Assembly: GCA_013239625.1 (NCBI GenBank)
Contig: MU053934.1
Location: 9,817,352 to 9,881,351, forward strand
DNA: 64,000 nucleotides
Source of the DNA: Lama guanicoe
Lineage: Eukaryota
Direction: 5' to 3'
Shown: positions 24,701 to 37,949 of the stretch, piece by piece
Numbering within the stretch: position 1 is the first letter of the stretch
How the letters are laid out: each line of letters begins with the position of its first letter
Program-made: the position numbers and the translations under genes
Notes under the pieces: model-generated
Told to the model about the DNA's origin: nothing
The model's database searches: none
What the model saw: only the letters and a program-made list of their open reading frames with translations

Positions 24701-27267
24701 AGTCACTGAGGAACGTCTGCTGAGCTGAGAAACGTCCCCGTGGTGTTTCTGCCTCCCGTCCTCTGTCCCTGTTCCCTTCAGAGTGGGGTCACCTGCAGAT
24801 CCCCACCACCGCTCCCTGCAGAGCACCGACACAGGGTGAGAAGGGGACATGCCAGCTCCCTGCAAGGACGGGGGTCCTGGTCCCCTGGGACTGCAGGAGC
24901 ACAGGGGGCCTGGCAGGGGTACTTCTCCAGCACCCAATTCAGCAGCATTTCCTGAAATGAACTGAGACTTTCCTTCTCCCAGCTCGTCTCCGTGCGGCTA
25001 CACAGGAAGCTAGGGTCCTCCGGCAGCCTTGGGCCGCCTCCAGCTTCCCGCCCGCCAGCCCGCGCTCGGCTTACCGGGGAGCGAGTAACAGAACCCCGGC
25101 GACGACAGTGCAGCTTTCACCGCGAGTAAGTGGGTTCCATTACCTCCTCCGAGAGCCCGGCTTCAAAGGAAAAAGGAAGAAAGGGAGGAAGGGAGGAAGG
25201 GGACCCAGGAGGCATAATCAGTCTGAGCCAGCCTTATCTCGGAGGGAAATACATAGGGTAATTTAGTCCCAACGACATTCAAATTAGTCCCCTGCCCAGC
25301 GAGACATTTCAGGTGATGACATCCTGGGCCACTCCTGGGCATAACTTCTCTAGAAATGACTCTTGTGATTAAAACGAAATTTGAGAACTCGGAAGTCCTT
25401 TCCAGCCCACGGGCGGGAGAGGATCCGGGGGGTCCACGGGTCCCAGCGGGCCCTCTGCTTACCCTGCCCGGACGTGGCCCCCGGCTCACGCCCAGCACTT
25501 CCGGAACCCGGGCCATTCCAGCCACGAGGCAAGGCTGGGCTCTGCGGTATACACCTCCCTGGGCTTCTGACCCGCCTTCAGGATGAAGCCGCCAGGTTGT
25601 GGGGGCGCTTAGGGGTCTCCCGCACCAGGTCCCCACTGCCCCATGTCTCCACCAGTGAAAGGGTCGATCACGTGGTAACCTGGGGTGGCCACCCGACCGG
25701 CAGGGGTGGGTCTGACGTGCACACTGCCTAGGCACACAGCAGGCACGATATACTTGTAGAGTGAATCAATGACTGATTCACTGGCTGACTCCCTGGGGTG
25801 CACCAGGCCCTTTCCCAGGGGCCGGGGCCATGGGTTCTCCACCAGAAGCAGGACTCATCCATGGAAGCACTCGCCGTCCAGGAGACGGACGGGGACACCA
25901 GCTCATCCATCTCGAGGCGGACTGACTGTGCCGGGGCTGGCAGACCCGGTCAGGCACTAGAAGAGGCCGAGATGCCAGCTTAACGCTGCAGAGTGGGCAG
26001 GGGAGGGTGGGCATACCACCAGCCCAAGCGCAGCTCCTGGACAAAACCAGGACGCCCAGGCGCGGGCTCAGGGGCCAGGGTCTCCTCTGCCTTCCGTTCC
26101 CACTCACCCCCAAGCCCCAGCGGTCAGGACTTCAGGATTAACGTTGGAGAGAGCGTGGGGAAGAGAGCTCTGGACCCTGGCAGGGCAGACAGACAGCCAG
26201 CCAGACACAGGCAGGCAGTCAAGCCTTTCCCGGCCGCAGCGGTGCCAGCAGATTATACCCAGGCTGGTGCTCAGACGCGGCAAGCCAGGGCGCACACCCG
26301 TCTCCCCGGGCTGCCTAATGCCCCCTCTCCAGGCGGCTCCTCCCCTTTGGATGCAAACCACCCGCTCAGCTCGGCTGCCTTCCTCCCGCTGCGCCCCCAC
26401 CCCAGGGGGGCTCTCTTCCTGTTGATGAATGCCTGCTAATACCATAAGCCCCGGTCCTAAGCCCCATCAGCTTGTGCTGCATCCCACATTTGCACAGACC
26501 ATTTCCCCGCTGTTTACACCAAACGTTAACCAAGGACACAGCCCGTGAAAGAATCCCAAAGCTACCTCCGGGACAAGTCAGGTCCCTCCTACGCTCAGGG
26601 AACTTTCCAAAGGACAGACTGTCAGCACCGTCCACAGGACGCCTGTTTGTCACATGGGCTGGATATCTACGGAACAGGCCATCGAAGACCGAAGCCAAGA
26701 GGGCGAGAAACTTTCTCTGTAACCACTAGCTGCCTGCAGAGCGACTCAGCTTCCTGACAAATCAGGATGTCTTAGGTAAGTGTATCTTCCAGGCTGCGAA
26801 GATGAGTAATTTCCACAGTGACAAAGAGGCATGAAAAAACGAACACCGTTTCAGACCCAAGTGATGATGATTTCTGTCCCAGCTACGCTGTTTCACAACA
26901 ACCAACTGAATTTGAAATCCAGAATGAACTACTTTACACTGGAAACCTCTTAAGACAAGCCCATGTCATTACACGTGCGTAGATTTTTTAGGTTTTTAGG
27001 TGCCTCTCACACTATCATCTTCCTCCTACTATCTTTATGAAGAGGGTGGCTTGAGTCGCATGGGGTCAGGAGAGACCTCGGAGCTGTGGTCAGGATGCAG
27101 AACCGACACCCGGGCCTGGGGTCTGTCCTTAGACCCTGTCCCCGGGAGGGAAGTGGACAGAAGAAAGCACCGGAAACCCTCCGACCTGTGAACTGGGAGC
27201 CTCGTGCGAAGCAGAGGTGACCCGGGGTGTCCCAACCCCTCCCCGAGCCGGGCGTGCTGACACCTAC

Positions 27268-27906
27268 CGGTGAAGTCCTCCTGGCACTCGCAGGTGTAGC
27301 CACCCTCGCGGCTGCGGCACCGGCCGTTGGCGCCGCAGGGGCTGGAGTAGCACAGGTCGATCTCGGTCTCGCAGTAGTCGCCGGTGAAGCCGGGCGGGCA
27401 CCGGCACCGCAGGCCGTTGACGGGGTGGATGGGCCGGAAGAGGACGGTCGGGGAGCTGATGAAGGGGGCCGAGCTGTCGAACTTGAGCACCGACACGCAC
27501 TTCATGTAGTTCTCGCACGGCTCCCGCAGGCAGATGTTGTCGTCGAAGGGCAGCACGCGCTGGGCGGACACGGCCGTCAGCAGCGTCCGGTTCAGGTAGA
27601 TCTGCTCCTGCAGGTCCTCCGAGGGGAAAAACTTGTCCTGGACGCCACCCGGGAGCAAGGCCGAGAAGGTCACGTTCAGGATGTTGGAGCTGACGTCCGT
27701 GTCATTCTGGATGTTGAAGATGAAGACGGCGTCCTTGGTGGTGGACAGCACCGTGGCCACACCTTCCACAAAGAGGGACAGCAGCGGGGAGAGGAACTGC
27801 TCCTGCGACATGTTCTCCAGGCGGACGGTGATGCTGTTGGTCAGCATGTCGTCCGTGATGATGGTCACCCGCAGGGTGCAGAGCGCCACGACGCTGTGGA
27901 TGCCGT
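27268..27906 (-). CDS. CELSR1: CELSR1 coding exon (exon 2 by human numbering): end of last cadherin repeat, linker, EGF-like 1 and 2
   Basis: Translation (D)GIHSVVALCTLRVTIITDDMLTNSITVRLENMSQEQFLSPLL...CLREPCENYMKCVSVL...CRCPPGFTGDYCETEIDLCYSSPCGANGRCRSREGGYTCECQEDFT(G) closely matches CELSR1 as I recall it. Acceptor ctcgcag|AC at 27908-27907, donor ACCG|gtaggt at 27267-27266. Length 639 nt, phase 1 at both ends. Confidence 0.97.
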
Positions 27907-29646
27907 CTGCGAGACACAAGGGGGGTCACTCAGTGTCCGCTTGCCCGGTCCCCACTGGCCCCACCAGGAACAGCATGCCCCACCCTGCCCCTGACCACCA
28001 CCTGGACCCCACTCCCCAGACCCTGTTTGGCTCCCATCTGAGAGCACAGCTACCATCTAGTCCATCAAATGGACCCCCAACCACAGGGCAGGGCATCTCG
28101 ACACCCACCGTGATCCACCCCTTCCCTGCCTAGAATCCAGTCTCACACCCGGGGCCACTGAGCCCCTGTTTTACCTCCTCTGCACCTGTTCCAGCCTCCA
28201 GGTGGCCCCGCCCACCCCCCAGCCCAGCTCAGGCCCCACAGTGCCGGGACGGTCTTGCCCAGGTTCAGCCTTGGCTCATGCTGCGCTGGCGGCCTCTCTT
28301 CCCTCTGCTGCGTCCCACCCGTCTCTGCACACCCAGCCCAGAGGACAGGCTCAGCACGCGATGCTTCAGAGAGACGCGCGCAGGACGCTGCATCCCAGCC
28401 AACACGCGTGAACAGATCATGAAGTGAGGTGCTTAGAACTTGGGGGCCGCAAAGGGTGGAATATGTTCATTATCAAGTTGCACACACCACAGATCCTGAG
28501 CCCAGAGGAGCTGTGCGGGGACCACCACGGGGGCTCTCTGAGGAGAGCCATAGCCACTCCTGGGGGGACCATGCGTCACAAAACTTGTCCAAACAATGGA
28601 GGAACGGGACCACCACAGAAGTCACAATGCATTCAGGTGCAAGCCGGAGATTCTGGAAGATTCTGAGAGAGCCAGCATCACCCCACCTGACAGGTGAGAA
28701 AACCTGAGACCCAGGGAAGCCCAGCCTCCCGCCCGAGAACACACGCTCGGCGGAGGGGCCCTGGCCTCCCCCAGTGATAACGCCTGCCACCTAGGAGGTC
28801 AGGCACCGAGCACTCTATTACTCCTCCATCCGGTCCTCACGATAACCTGGCGGGGCTGCATTTAGAGAGAAAAGAACATTTGTGTGAGCTGGGTGTGGGG
28901 AGGGCACCTGGAAGGTTGGCACAGAACCCAGAGGCCGGCAAGGCAACGGCTCAGTGCTGTCTACAGCTTCTGCAGAGCAGGTCGACCCCTGAGACCATGC
29001 CTGCAGCTCACAGACAGAGGGCCGGTGGCGGGAACGAGTAAGAGGAATCAGGCAAGAGGCCCAGCACGTTGCGGCAGAAAGCCTCAAAGATGGCCCCGCC
29101 CTCCTTCCCCCTCCCCCATCCCCCGCCCCAACCACAGGCCACACCCAGGCAACCACGAGCCTGTTTTCACACTGCAGCCACAGAACTCGTCCAAAAATGT
29201 GGACTCATCAGGCCACTCCCTTGGGGCCCCCAAAGGCACCCAAGATAAAACCCATATCGCTTACCCCATTATGGTCCTGCACAGTCTGTCCTCATCACCC
29301 TCCCTATCACACACTCCTTCTCCCGGCCCCAGGGCCTTTGCACATTTCGTCTTCTGCCTGGAACACTGTCCTCCCGTCACCAGCAGCTGCTCCTTCAGCC
29401 ACCCGGGTCTCAGCTGCATGTCCCTCATCAGAAGGGACCTTTCACATCCCCCCACTCAAGCTCTGCCACATCCCAACTTTAATTCCCACACAGGAACAGC
29501 CACAGCCTGATTTTATTTGTTCATATCAGTCTCCCCCTCACCCTCGCCGTGAACCTGTGAGGACCAAGAACTTGTAGGTCTTGTTCCTGCTGAACCCGTC
29601 ACTTCCAGAACAGTCCCTGGCACTCAGAAGCTGCTGGATAAACATT

Positions 29647-29705
29647 TGGGAGAGGGAGGGGGAGGGGAAAGGGGAGGCGGGGGAGGGGAAGAAGGAGGGA
29701 GGGGT
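29647..29705 (+). repeat. Polypurine/G-run tract
   Basis: gggagagggagggggaggggaaaggggaggcgggggaggggaagaaggagggagggg. Confidence 0.85.
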
Positions 29706-30544
29706 AGAATTCCAGTGGCATCTTTCACCCCAAGATTGACACTGGCACAAACAGCAGCAGAGGCTCCACTTTCCCACGTAAGCTATCTTTCTGTGGGTAT
29801 TTCTTTTCTCTTTTTCGCAAAGGCCCATTTACAATAATATAGGATATAAGATGTTGTTTGTTTCCTGGTGGCAGCTGTTATGAAACATCCTTTTAATCTT
29901 AAACCACACAGGGATTGGTTCTGCCCCAAGATGCGAAGGTCATACTGATTAAAGCTCCAAGCTCAGGCCGCGCTGGCGTGCTCAGCGCTATTCTGCCCGC
30001 CCCTCACCGGGGGCGGGGGGGGGGGGCTCCAGTGCCGGGACCCTCCCGCCAGCAGCCCTGGGGGACACGGCACAAGGAGCCCCCAAGAACCAAGAGCCAG
30101 GTTAGGACCAGAAAACAGCATGGAAGATTAACTTACACCGACTGTGCTGGAAGATAAAACGTGCACCTTGCTATTACTCTCACCGTTAATTTCTCTCAAG
30201 ACCACGGACCGTGCTGGACAACCAGGTCCCGGAGGCGATGGGTTCGCTCTGTACCTAAATCACCTGGGTGGGACTTCCGAGTCTCCATGGGCACAAACCC
30301 AACTGCCCATCACGGGGAGCCGCTGAAGTAAGGGCAGCTGTCCTGACCCTGGAGCTCGGCGTAGCCAGACCGGCAGCCGACATCTTCCTCCGCCGCTGTC
30401 AGGGCAGATCCAGACCACGTGATGTCAGGGGGAAAGTAAGTCACTTTTCCACACAAAACAAAAAAACACGGTCGTGCACAAGTCCAGGGAGCTGTCGGCA
30501 GGGATGGCAGAAACTTCAGTGTTGACAGTGATTCCATCTGGGTC

Positions 30545-30930
30545 ACTGAATTTATTGTTTTCAAATAAACTTTAAATTTTAGAGCAGTTCTAGTTCACAG
30601 AAAAATTGGGAAGACTGTGCAGAGAGGTCCGTACACCCAGCACCCAGTCTCCCTAGAATTAATATCGTTATGACATCGGTGTGGCGTCTTTGTTAGAATC
30701 AATGAAGCGATATGGATGTGTTATCAACTAACGCCATGCTTCATTCAGATTCCTTGGTTTTACCTACTGGTTTTACTTCTCCATCCCAGGCTCCCCTCCA
30801 GGATCCCACATGATACGCAGTCGTCCTGTCTCCCTAGGTCCTCAGCAGTCACCATTTCTCAGACTCTCCCTGCTTTTGAGGGCCCTGACGGACTGGAGAA
30901 GTCCTGGCCAGGGGTGTCGCGTGGCTGGTA
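30545..30930 (-). mobile_element. Old L1 3' UTR (L1MC-type)
   Basis: ttttagagcagttctagttcacagaaaaattg...ccaggatcccacatgatac...tttctcagactctccctg. Confidence 0.65.
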
Positions 30931-31609
30931 TTCACTCGCGTGGCGAGTTTCACTTTCTCCTATGCTTTCCTCTGCCGTTTTGTCTTCCTGATGAGCACGT
31001 GTTAGGGTCACCCCGAGAAGCCTGTTTTCCTTTTGGAGACAGAGAGCTCGCCCGGGGCTCCCCAAGCCTGCGGGGAAGGCGCTTGGTCATGCAGCACCAG
31101 CACCTCCAGGCCAGCCTTGCAGCGCCTCCGAATTCGTCCAGTGTAACTTGCATGGCTTTCTCCAGGGCAGGTGAGTCACCTCGTTGCCCCTGAGTCACAG
31201 CAGGAAAGAGACAGACAGATGGCAGAGTGGGGCTCTGGGACGCCCACCGCCAGATGCTTCCCACAAAACCCTGGATGGTGCAGGTGAGGGAGGGCTTCGC
31301 AGGTCTTCCCGGAGTGGGGGGCCCATCCACACATCCAGCTCTGATGAAAGGTCAGCCCTGGACCACAACTGCATCCCTGTGGCTCACTCAGCCCTCGACA
31401 TGGGGTGTCCCAGGGCCCAAGGCGCTGGCGGACCACAGTGGGCAGGGGCCAGAGCTGAACTTGCGAGAGGCGATCCAGAAGGACCCCAGGAGGCAGCGGG
31501 GTGGGGAGGGGGAGCCAAGCTGGAATGGAGTTTGTCACACACTGGAGGGGAACGGTCTTCCCAGCCCAAAATGTGAGAAAGTAGTAAGGCCTGGCAAGTC
31601 AGTCCGGGA

Positions 31610-32530
31610 GCTGCATGGTCTGGGGCCAGGAGTCCAACATCAAGCGTCAGCAGGGTGGGTTCCACCTGAGGCTCTGAGGGAGAATCCGTTCCATGGTCTG
31701 TCCCCGCGTCCGGGGACGCCGGCAGTCCTCGGTGTCCTCGGCTTGTAAAACAACTCACTCCCATCTCTGCCTCATCATCTGGTGAGTCCGTGTCCAGATT
31801 CTCCGCTCGTAAAAGGACACCACATGCACCCCAGTGCCCACAGCAGCCTATTTACAATAGCAAGACACGGAAACAGCCCAAATGTGCGTCGACAGGTGAT
31901 GGATAAAGAAGCTGTGGTATATTTATATGATGGAACACTACTCAGCCATGAAAAGGAATAAAATAATGCCATTTGCAGCAACACGGACGGACCTGGAGAC
32001 TGTCATTCTAAGTGAAGTCAGAAAGAGAAAGAAAAATACCATGATATCATTTACATGTGGAATCTAAAAAAAAAGTCAAACAAACTTATTTACAAAACAG
32101 AAACAGACTCACAGATATAGAAAACAAAGTTATAGTTACCGAGCCGAGGAAGGGGGTGGGAAGGGATAAATTGGGAGTTCGAGATTTGCAGATACTAACT
32201 TACTATATACAAAATAGATAAACCACAAGTTTCTACTGTACAGCACAGGGAACTATATTCAATATCTTATCGTAACTTATGATGAAAAAGAATATGAAAA
32301 TGGAAATATGTATATGTGTGTACGACTGAACTATTATGCTGTACACCAGAAACTGACACAACATTGTAAACTGACTATACTGAAATTAAAAAAAAAACAT
32401 GAAGGAAAAAAGGACACCAGTGGGGGGTCAGGATCCATCCAAATCCAGAAGACCTGATGTTGACGCCCGGTCACATCTGCTCAGACCCTGCCTCCAAATC
32501 ATACCACACGCTGAGGTTCCGGGGGCCGCT
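31610..32530 (-). mobile_element. MLT1-type LTR split by an L1 insertion
   Basis: LTR sequence runs to aaaaggacacca (31822) and resumes after the duplicated motif (32419) with gtggggggtcagg...cacatctgctcagaccctgcctccaaat. Confidence 0.7.
31823..32407 (+). mobile_element. 5'-truncated L1 with poly-A tail and 12-bp TSD
   Basis: ORF2-end/3' UTR motifs (cagcctatttacaatagcaagac, aataatgccatttgcagcaac), A-tail near 32388-32397, and AAAAGGACACCA at 31811-31822 and 32408-32419. Confidence 0.92.
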
Positions 32531-34361
32531 CCGCCCAGGACAGACGGGGATGTGTGTTGGGCGAGACAAGGCCATAGAGGCAGGTGGAGGTCCCCCAATG
32601 CTAGGGGCCTCGAGGGCTCTCAGCATGGGGCAGTGGGGGGTGAACGCAGGAGAAACGTCCTCACAGTGTAGACTGGTCTGTGCACAGACGGTGCGGCACT
32701 GCTGCTGGGGACAGCTGCGCACTGGCCTCTTCCCCGCACTGCCCGTCCCATCCCTGCCACAGCCCGCAAGGGGCATCGCTGCTGGTCTTTCACAGATCAG
32801 GGCACTGAGGCACAAGGGCTGACCCACAAGCCCAGCTAAGGCCATTCAGGCACCAAGCGGCAGGCCCACACCGACTGGGCTCAAGCCCTTACAACGCTGG
32901 GCGGAGCACCCATAGGACCGCGGTCCCAGCTCAGGAGGGTCCACTAGAGACTCAGGGGAGGCTCGTTTCTGACCGGCTGAACATCCGCAGCCTTGGGGAC
33001 AACATGGTGAGGTGGGGCCACCAGCAGCTGGAGATGCAGCCAGTCCCAGGACAGAGCATGACCACTGGCTGGAGTCTGGTCACCCCATTACATGCACACT
33101 GTGGTCTAAACTGGGAGTTGGCACCTCGGTCTCCCACTGCCAACACCGTGCCAGGCCTGCTCGGCAAAGCCCGTGACGGCACAGTCATGCCAGTTGTGGC
33201 CGCATCCACTGGGCAGTGTTTGCTTTCCGGCTGGCTGGGGACAAAGGCTGTACTCCTGTCCTTTGTCCTGCCCCCTCCCAGGCCTCCCACGGGGCAGGGA
33301 GGGCCTGCGGGGGACGCTGCAGTGGTTCTTTGCGTTCTCTCCGCAAGGTGCGGCGTATTTTTGAGGCCAAGTTGAGGGTGGACAACAGGTGCGATGTTCT
33401 GATCTGCTACCCGGAGGGCATCTGGTTCCTTTCCTTTCTGGGCAACAAAAGCTGAATCTAGAACCTGTGACTGGGCTCCTTTCAGAGGAACAAGGTGACA
33501 GGTGTTCAGGGGACAGCGGGGCAAATGCTGGCGTCAGGCCTGGTGGGCACCCTGGCCCCAGAACACGCTGCTTCTCCTGCCTCGTCCCCAGAGAAGGAGC
33601 CTCAGGCCCGGGAGGGAGCGTCTCGTTCCAGCACCAGCATCTCAGGCACAATTAGATGTTGCACAAGAAGCCTGGCAAGGGTGCTGGGAAACCCCGGCGG
33701 CCCTGAGCAGAAGCCGCAGGCAGGCAGGTGGCCGCGAGCACGCGGAAAGGGCTCTGGCTCCACCCACGTTCCCGCAGCTACCGCTGCTGCTGACCACCCC
33801 AGTAAAGCATGCTAACCAGCTGCAAGGAATTTAAACTTCCTGCCAGCGACGGCAGTAGCCGTGAGGAGCCACGAGGGAAAGATCAAACCCATTCTGAACG
33901 CGGGCCCACCCAGACTCAGGGTCCCCAGTGAGTCGTTCCCGGTGAGTCGTCCCCCAGCGGGGACATCGCTGGTCCAGGCAAATGGCAGTGCACACGCCAG
34001 TCCTGGGAAGCCCTCACATGCGGGGAGAGCCCGCACATGGGGAGAGAGAGCCCGCAACACGATGCTCCCCTCGATTGTCTACAGCTTTGTGACTGTTCTC
34101 CATAAAAATAAATAAATAAGCTAAATAAAACACACGTTTGGGATTTGAAGGTTATACTGTAAAACGGTAAAACATATCATTTTGGCTGCTGACACTGTAC
34201 TTCAAATGCCATAATCATCACCATAGTTAGAACAACAGGAGTTTAGAATAAAGACCTTTGATTCCAGCATCTTGAATTTTCTCCAACTCTGAAAACAAAT
34301 CTGAAGTACTGGCTGGTAAGACTGTAACTGTTTTTCCTACATGTGTGTATATATATATATA

Positions 34362-34828
34362 TTTTTTTCAATTGAAGTATAGTCAGTTCCCAACGTTGTG
34401 TCAGTTTCTGGTGCACAGCACAACGCTTTAGTCACACGTGAACACACATATATTCGTTTTCATTCTTTTTCACCGTACGTTGCTACAAGATATTGAACAT
34501 AGTTCCCTGTGCTGTACAGTATAAACTCGTTTATCTATTTTATATATAGTAGTTAGTACCTGCAAATCTTGAACTCCCAGTTTATCCCTTCCCACCTCCC
34601 CCCTCCGTAACCCTAAGTTTGCTTTCTATGTCTGTTTTCTGTTTTGTAAATAAGTTCGTTTGACTTTTTTTTTTTACATTCCACATATAATTGATAATCA
34701 TATGATATTTTTCTTTCTCTTTCTGGCTTACTTCACTTAGGATGACATTCTCCAGATCCATCCATGTTGCTGCAAATGGCATTATTTTCTTCTTTTTATG
34801 GCTGAGTACTATTCCATTCTATATTTTT

Positions 34829-34879
<51 letters not shown>

Positions 34880-35021
34880 ATACATAGTACTGTTCCATCT
34901 CATATGTACACATATATTATAGACCATGTCTTCTTTATCCAGTCATCTGTCATGGACATTCAGGTTGCTTCCATGTCTTGGCTGTTGTAAACAGAGCTGC
35001 TGTGAACACTGAGGTGCACGC
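34362..35021 (-). mobile_element. 5'-truncated L1 containing an internal (TA)n(CA)n microsatellite (about 34829-34877)
   Basis: The minus-strand ORF MPFAATWMDLENVILSEVSQKEKEKYHMI is the L1 ORF2 C-terminal remnant; T-rich tail at the left end. Confidence 0.92.
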
Positions 35022-35359
35022 CTTTAACTATTTGTCATCTCAATATTGTGCAGTAATAACAAAGATAGTTTATAATACAGAAAGATAAATAAATAAAATA
35101 TCTACAGCTTCAAGTCTGCAATCATTCAAATAGAATATGCAACTTGATCTTGCTGCATTACTCTGTTTCCAGGCAGACTCATGGACCTGGTATCCTTCCT
35201 CCCCTCCAAAAGGATAAAATTCTAGAAGTGACAAGGAATCATCCTCTCCCAAGACATGGAGAAAGGAGAAGCCACGTCTCCAGACCATCAGGAGCGAGTG
35301 AGCTGGAGACACATGAGAAAATTCGTGACCTCAGGAAGCATGAGGAACGGGGAGACCTT

Positions 35360-35705
35360 ACCGAGGAGGGGGATCCTGACACGGGTTCCAACCTGGATGA
35401 ACCTGAGGACACTGTGCTGAGTGAGAGAAGCCAGTCAGAAAAGGACACATGCCATGTGACCCCGCCTGGATGGGGAGTCCTGAGCGGTCGACTTCCCAGA
35501 GACAGAAAGTGGATGATGGATGCCAGGGCTGCAGGAGGGGACGGAGGGTCAGGGTTTAACAGGCACAGAGCCTCAGTTTTGCAAGACAAACAATTTCTGG
35601 AGACAGAGGGTGGTGATGCTTGCACAAAAGTATGAATGTCCTTAATGCCACCAAGCTGTACCCCTAAAAACAGTTAGATGGCAACTTCTATGTTATGTAA
35701 ATTTT
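35360..35705 (+). mobile_element. Older L1 (L1MB-type) 3' end
   Basis: ctggatgaacctgaggacactgtgctgagtgagagaagccagtcagaaaaggaca...gaatgtccttaatgccacc. Confidence 0.75.
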
Positions 35706-36006
35706 TTGCATTCTTTTTTATTGAGGTATATAGTCAGCTTACAATGCTGTGTCAATTTCTGGTGCACAGCATAATGTTTCAGTCATACATGAACATACAT
35801 ATATTCCTTTTTGTATCTTTTCCATTATATAGGTCACTACAAGGTATTGAATATAGTTCCCTGTGTTATATAGTATGAACTTATTATTTATCCAATTTAT
35901 ATATAGTAGTCGGTATCTGCAAATCTCAAACTCCCAATTTATCCCTTCCCGCCCCCTTCCCCCCTGTAACCCTAAGTCTGTTCTCTATGTGAGTCTGTCT
36001 CTGTTT
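35706..36006 (-). mobile_element. Young L1 3' end nested in the older L1, with 17-bp TSD (1 mismatch)
   Basis: TATGTTATGTAAATTTT at 35689-35705 versus TATGTTCTGTAAATTTT at 36007-36023. Confidence 0.85.
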
Positions 36007-36469
36007 TATGTTCTGTAAATTTTACTGCAGTTATAAATAAATAAAAACAGGAGTACATAAATGAATGAGGGAGAATAAAGAATTGAGAAAAGACGTAGGC
36101 AAGACACCTTCCTTCCCTTGTCACTGCCAAATTTGTTCTTTTCAGTAAAATCACATGACCTTGGATAGCACTGATTCAGAAACACGCTCTCCTGATTTCA
36201 CTGTGAAATACAGCTCCCATCCCATGGCCGAAGTTAGTACCCATTCAGCTTTTCCCACGACTGGGTTAGTCCGTGAGAAACAACTCATCCCCACTGGATG
36301 GAACCTTCCCGAAGGCTGAAATCGTGTCAGGCCCCGTTACGGCACCCCTGGAAGGTGTTCTCAGCTCCCTGCGGCTGGCCTGGCTCCAGGCCGCGGAAGC
36401 TGGGGGCTGAGACAGAGAACGCACATTCTTGTCAAGATAAAGCACTTCCACTTAAGAGTTAAGAATTGG

Positions 36470-36990
36470 TTCCTCCAAAGTTAAGCATATAATTAACACA
36501 TGACCCAGAATTCCACTCCTAGGTAGAATTCAAAGGAATTGAAAACACATACCCTCACGGAGGGTGCTTTGGACATGGATGCTTGTAGCGGCATCATTCA
36601 CAACAGCCAAAAAGTGGAAACCCAATGTCCACCAACTGATGAATAAACAGATAAACAAAATGCGGTCTCTATCCATACAATGGACAGTTATTCAGACACA
36701 GAAAGAAATGGCACGCTTCAACGCGGATGAGCCTCGTGCGACCGCGTGTACGTGAAACGTCCAGGACAGGTAAATCCGCGACAGAAACCACACTGGTACT
36801 TGCCAAGGGCAGGCGGGTGGGGAGTAGGGAGTGAGTGCTAGGGGTGTGGGGCTTCTCTGGGTGATGGGAATGTTCTGGAACTCGAGAAGGGGCTTGCACA
36901 GCACTGTGAATACACTGCATGCCACTGAACTGTCCACTTTGAAGTGGTTAGTTTTATGTGATGTGAATTTCACCTCCATTTTTTAAAAAG
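36470..36990 (+). mobile_element. Older L1 (L1MB-type) 3' end
   Basis: catgacccagaattccactcctaggt...gcatcattcacaacagccaaaaagtggaaac...gccactgaactgtccacttt. Confidence 0.8.
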
Positions 36991-37714
36991 AGAGAGTTAA
37001 GGATTGACTCAAAAGTTTGCTTTATTTTGCACGAGATTTCCCAAAAGGAAGAAAAATGTTTGAAAAGCATTTTAAAAATGATTTCCTTAAAACCAAGTGG
37101 TGACTGAAGTCAGAGCAGAAGGGCCTCTGACTTCGGAGGTGGGAGCCACCTTCTGACCCGGGGACACTGGGACAACTTTCTCCTGATGAAAGTGCTGAGC
37201 TGCTGCCAGGGTGGAGCTAAAGCTGTTTACACTGTAAACTAAACGTTGTGAAAGAAACCGGCACTGGGAGGGCTCACATGCCCACAGTGGAAACACACAG
37301 GCCGTCCTGCTCCGATGGGATCACACCGTTTTGTCAGGAACCTTTGTCATCCCTGGTTTTTGTTTTATTTCAGGCATTGGCTGAACAACACGTGGGCATC
37401 GTTTGCCGAACAGGAATCAGGATGTCTCATCTCACTAAGCTCCTCGCGGGGGATGTGCGGTGCTCACAAGGCCTGACCGGGGCTCTATTAGGATTCGGAG
37501 GAGAAAAGCAGTGATGCTGGGACTGCGGGGTCCAGGGCCGGCTCCCTCCACCGTGGGCGCACGGCTCACACTCGGGGGGGATGTTGAGGCTGGGGCCGGC
37601 CCAGGCACTGGGGTGCCAGCGGCACCCATGTGCCCACCCACAATGCCAGTCACCCCCCTTAACACAGCAGCTGTCACAACCACAGACGTCTCCAGATACT
37701 GTCAGGTGTCACAC

Positions 37715-37940
37715 TGCCGGCTGTGAGGATGGGAAAGAGCCACGAGCCAGGGGTGTGGGGTCCTTTAGGTGCCGGAGAAGCCGGAAGCGGTCTCCCCCAG
37801 AGCCTCTAGAAAGGAACACAGTCCCGCCGCACCTCGGGTTCACCCCAGTGAGGCTTCTAACCCAGTGAACTGTCGGAGAGTAAACCGGGGTTCTCTCAAG
37901 CCACTAAGTCAGTGGGACTGTTACAACGGCAATGGAAGAC
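37715..37940 (+). mobile_element. MLT1-type LTR fragment
   Basis: gagccacgagccagggg...tctcccccagagcctctagaaaggaacacag...aagccactaagt. Confidence 0.65.
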
Positions 37941-37949
37941 CTCATTCTG

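Noticed and set aside
27035..27267. Exon 2 frame reads through into intron 2
   Set aside because: No canonical AATAAA near the stop (only CATAAA). Read-through of this length is unremarkable in GC-rich DNA.
27227..27994. 255-aa + strand ORF over exon 2
   Set aside because: Antisense shadow of a GC3-rich coding exon, with no independent protein features.
34582..34782. ORF MPFAATWMDLENVILSEVSQKEK
   Set aside because: Remnant of the L1 ORF2 C-terminus in a truncated copy, not a gene.
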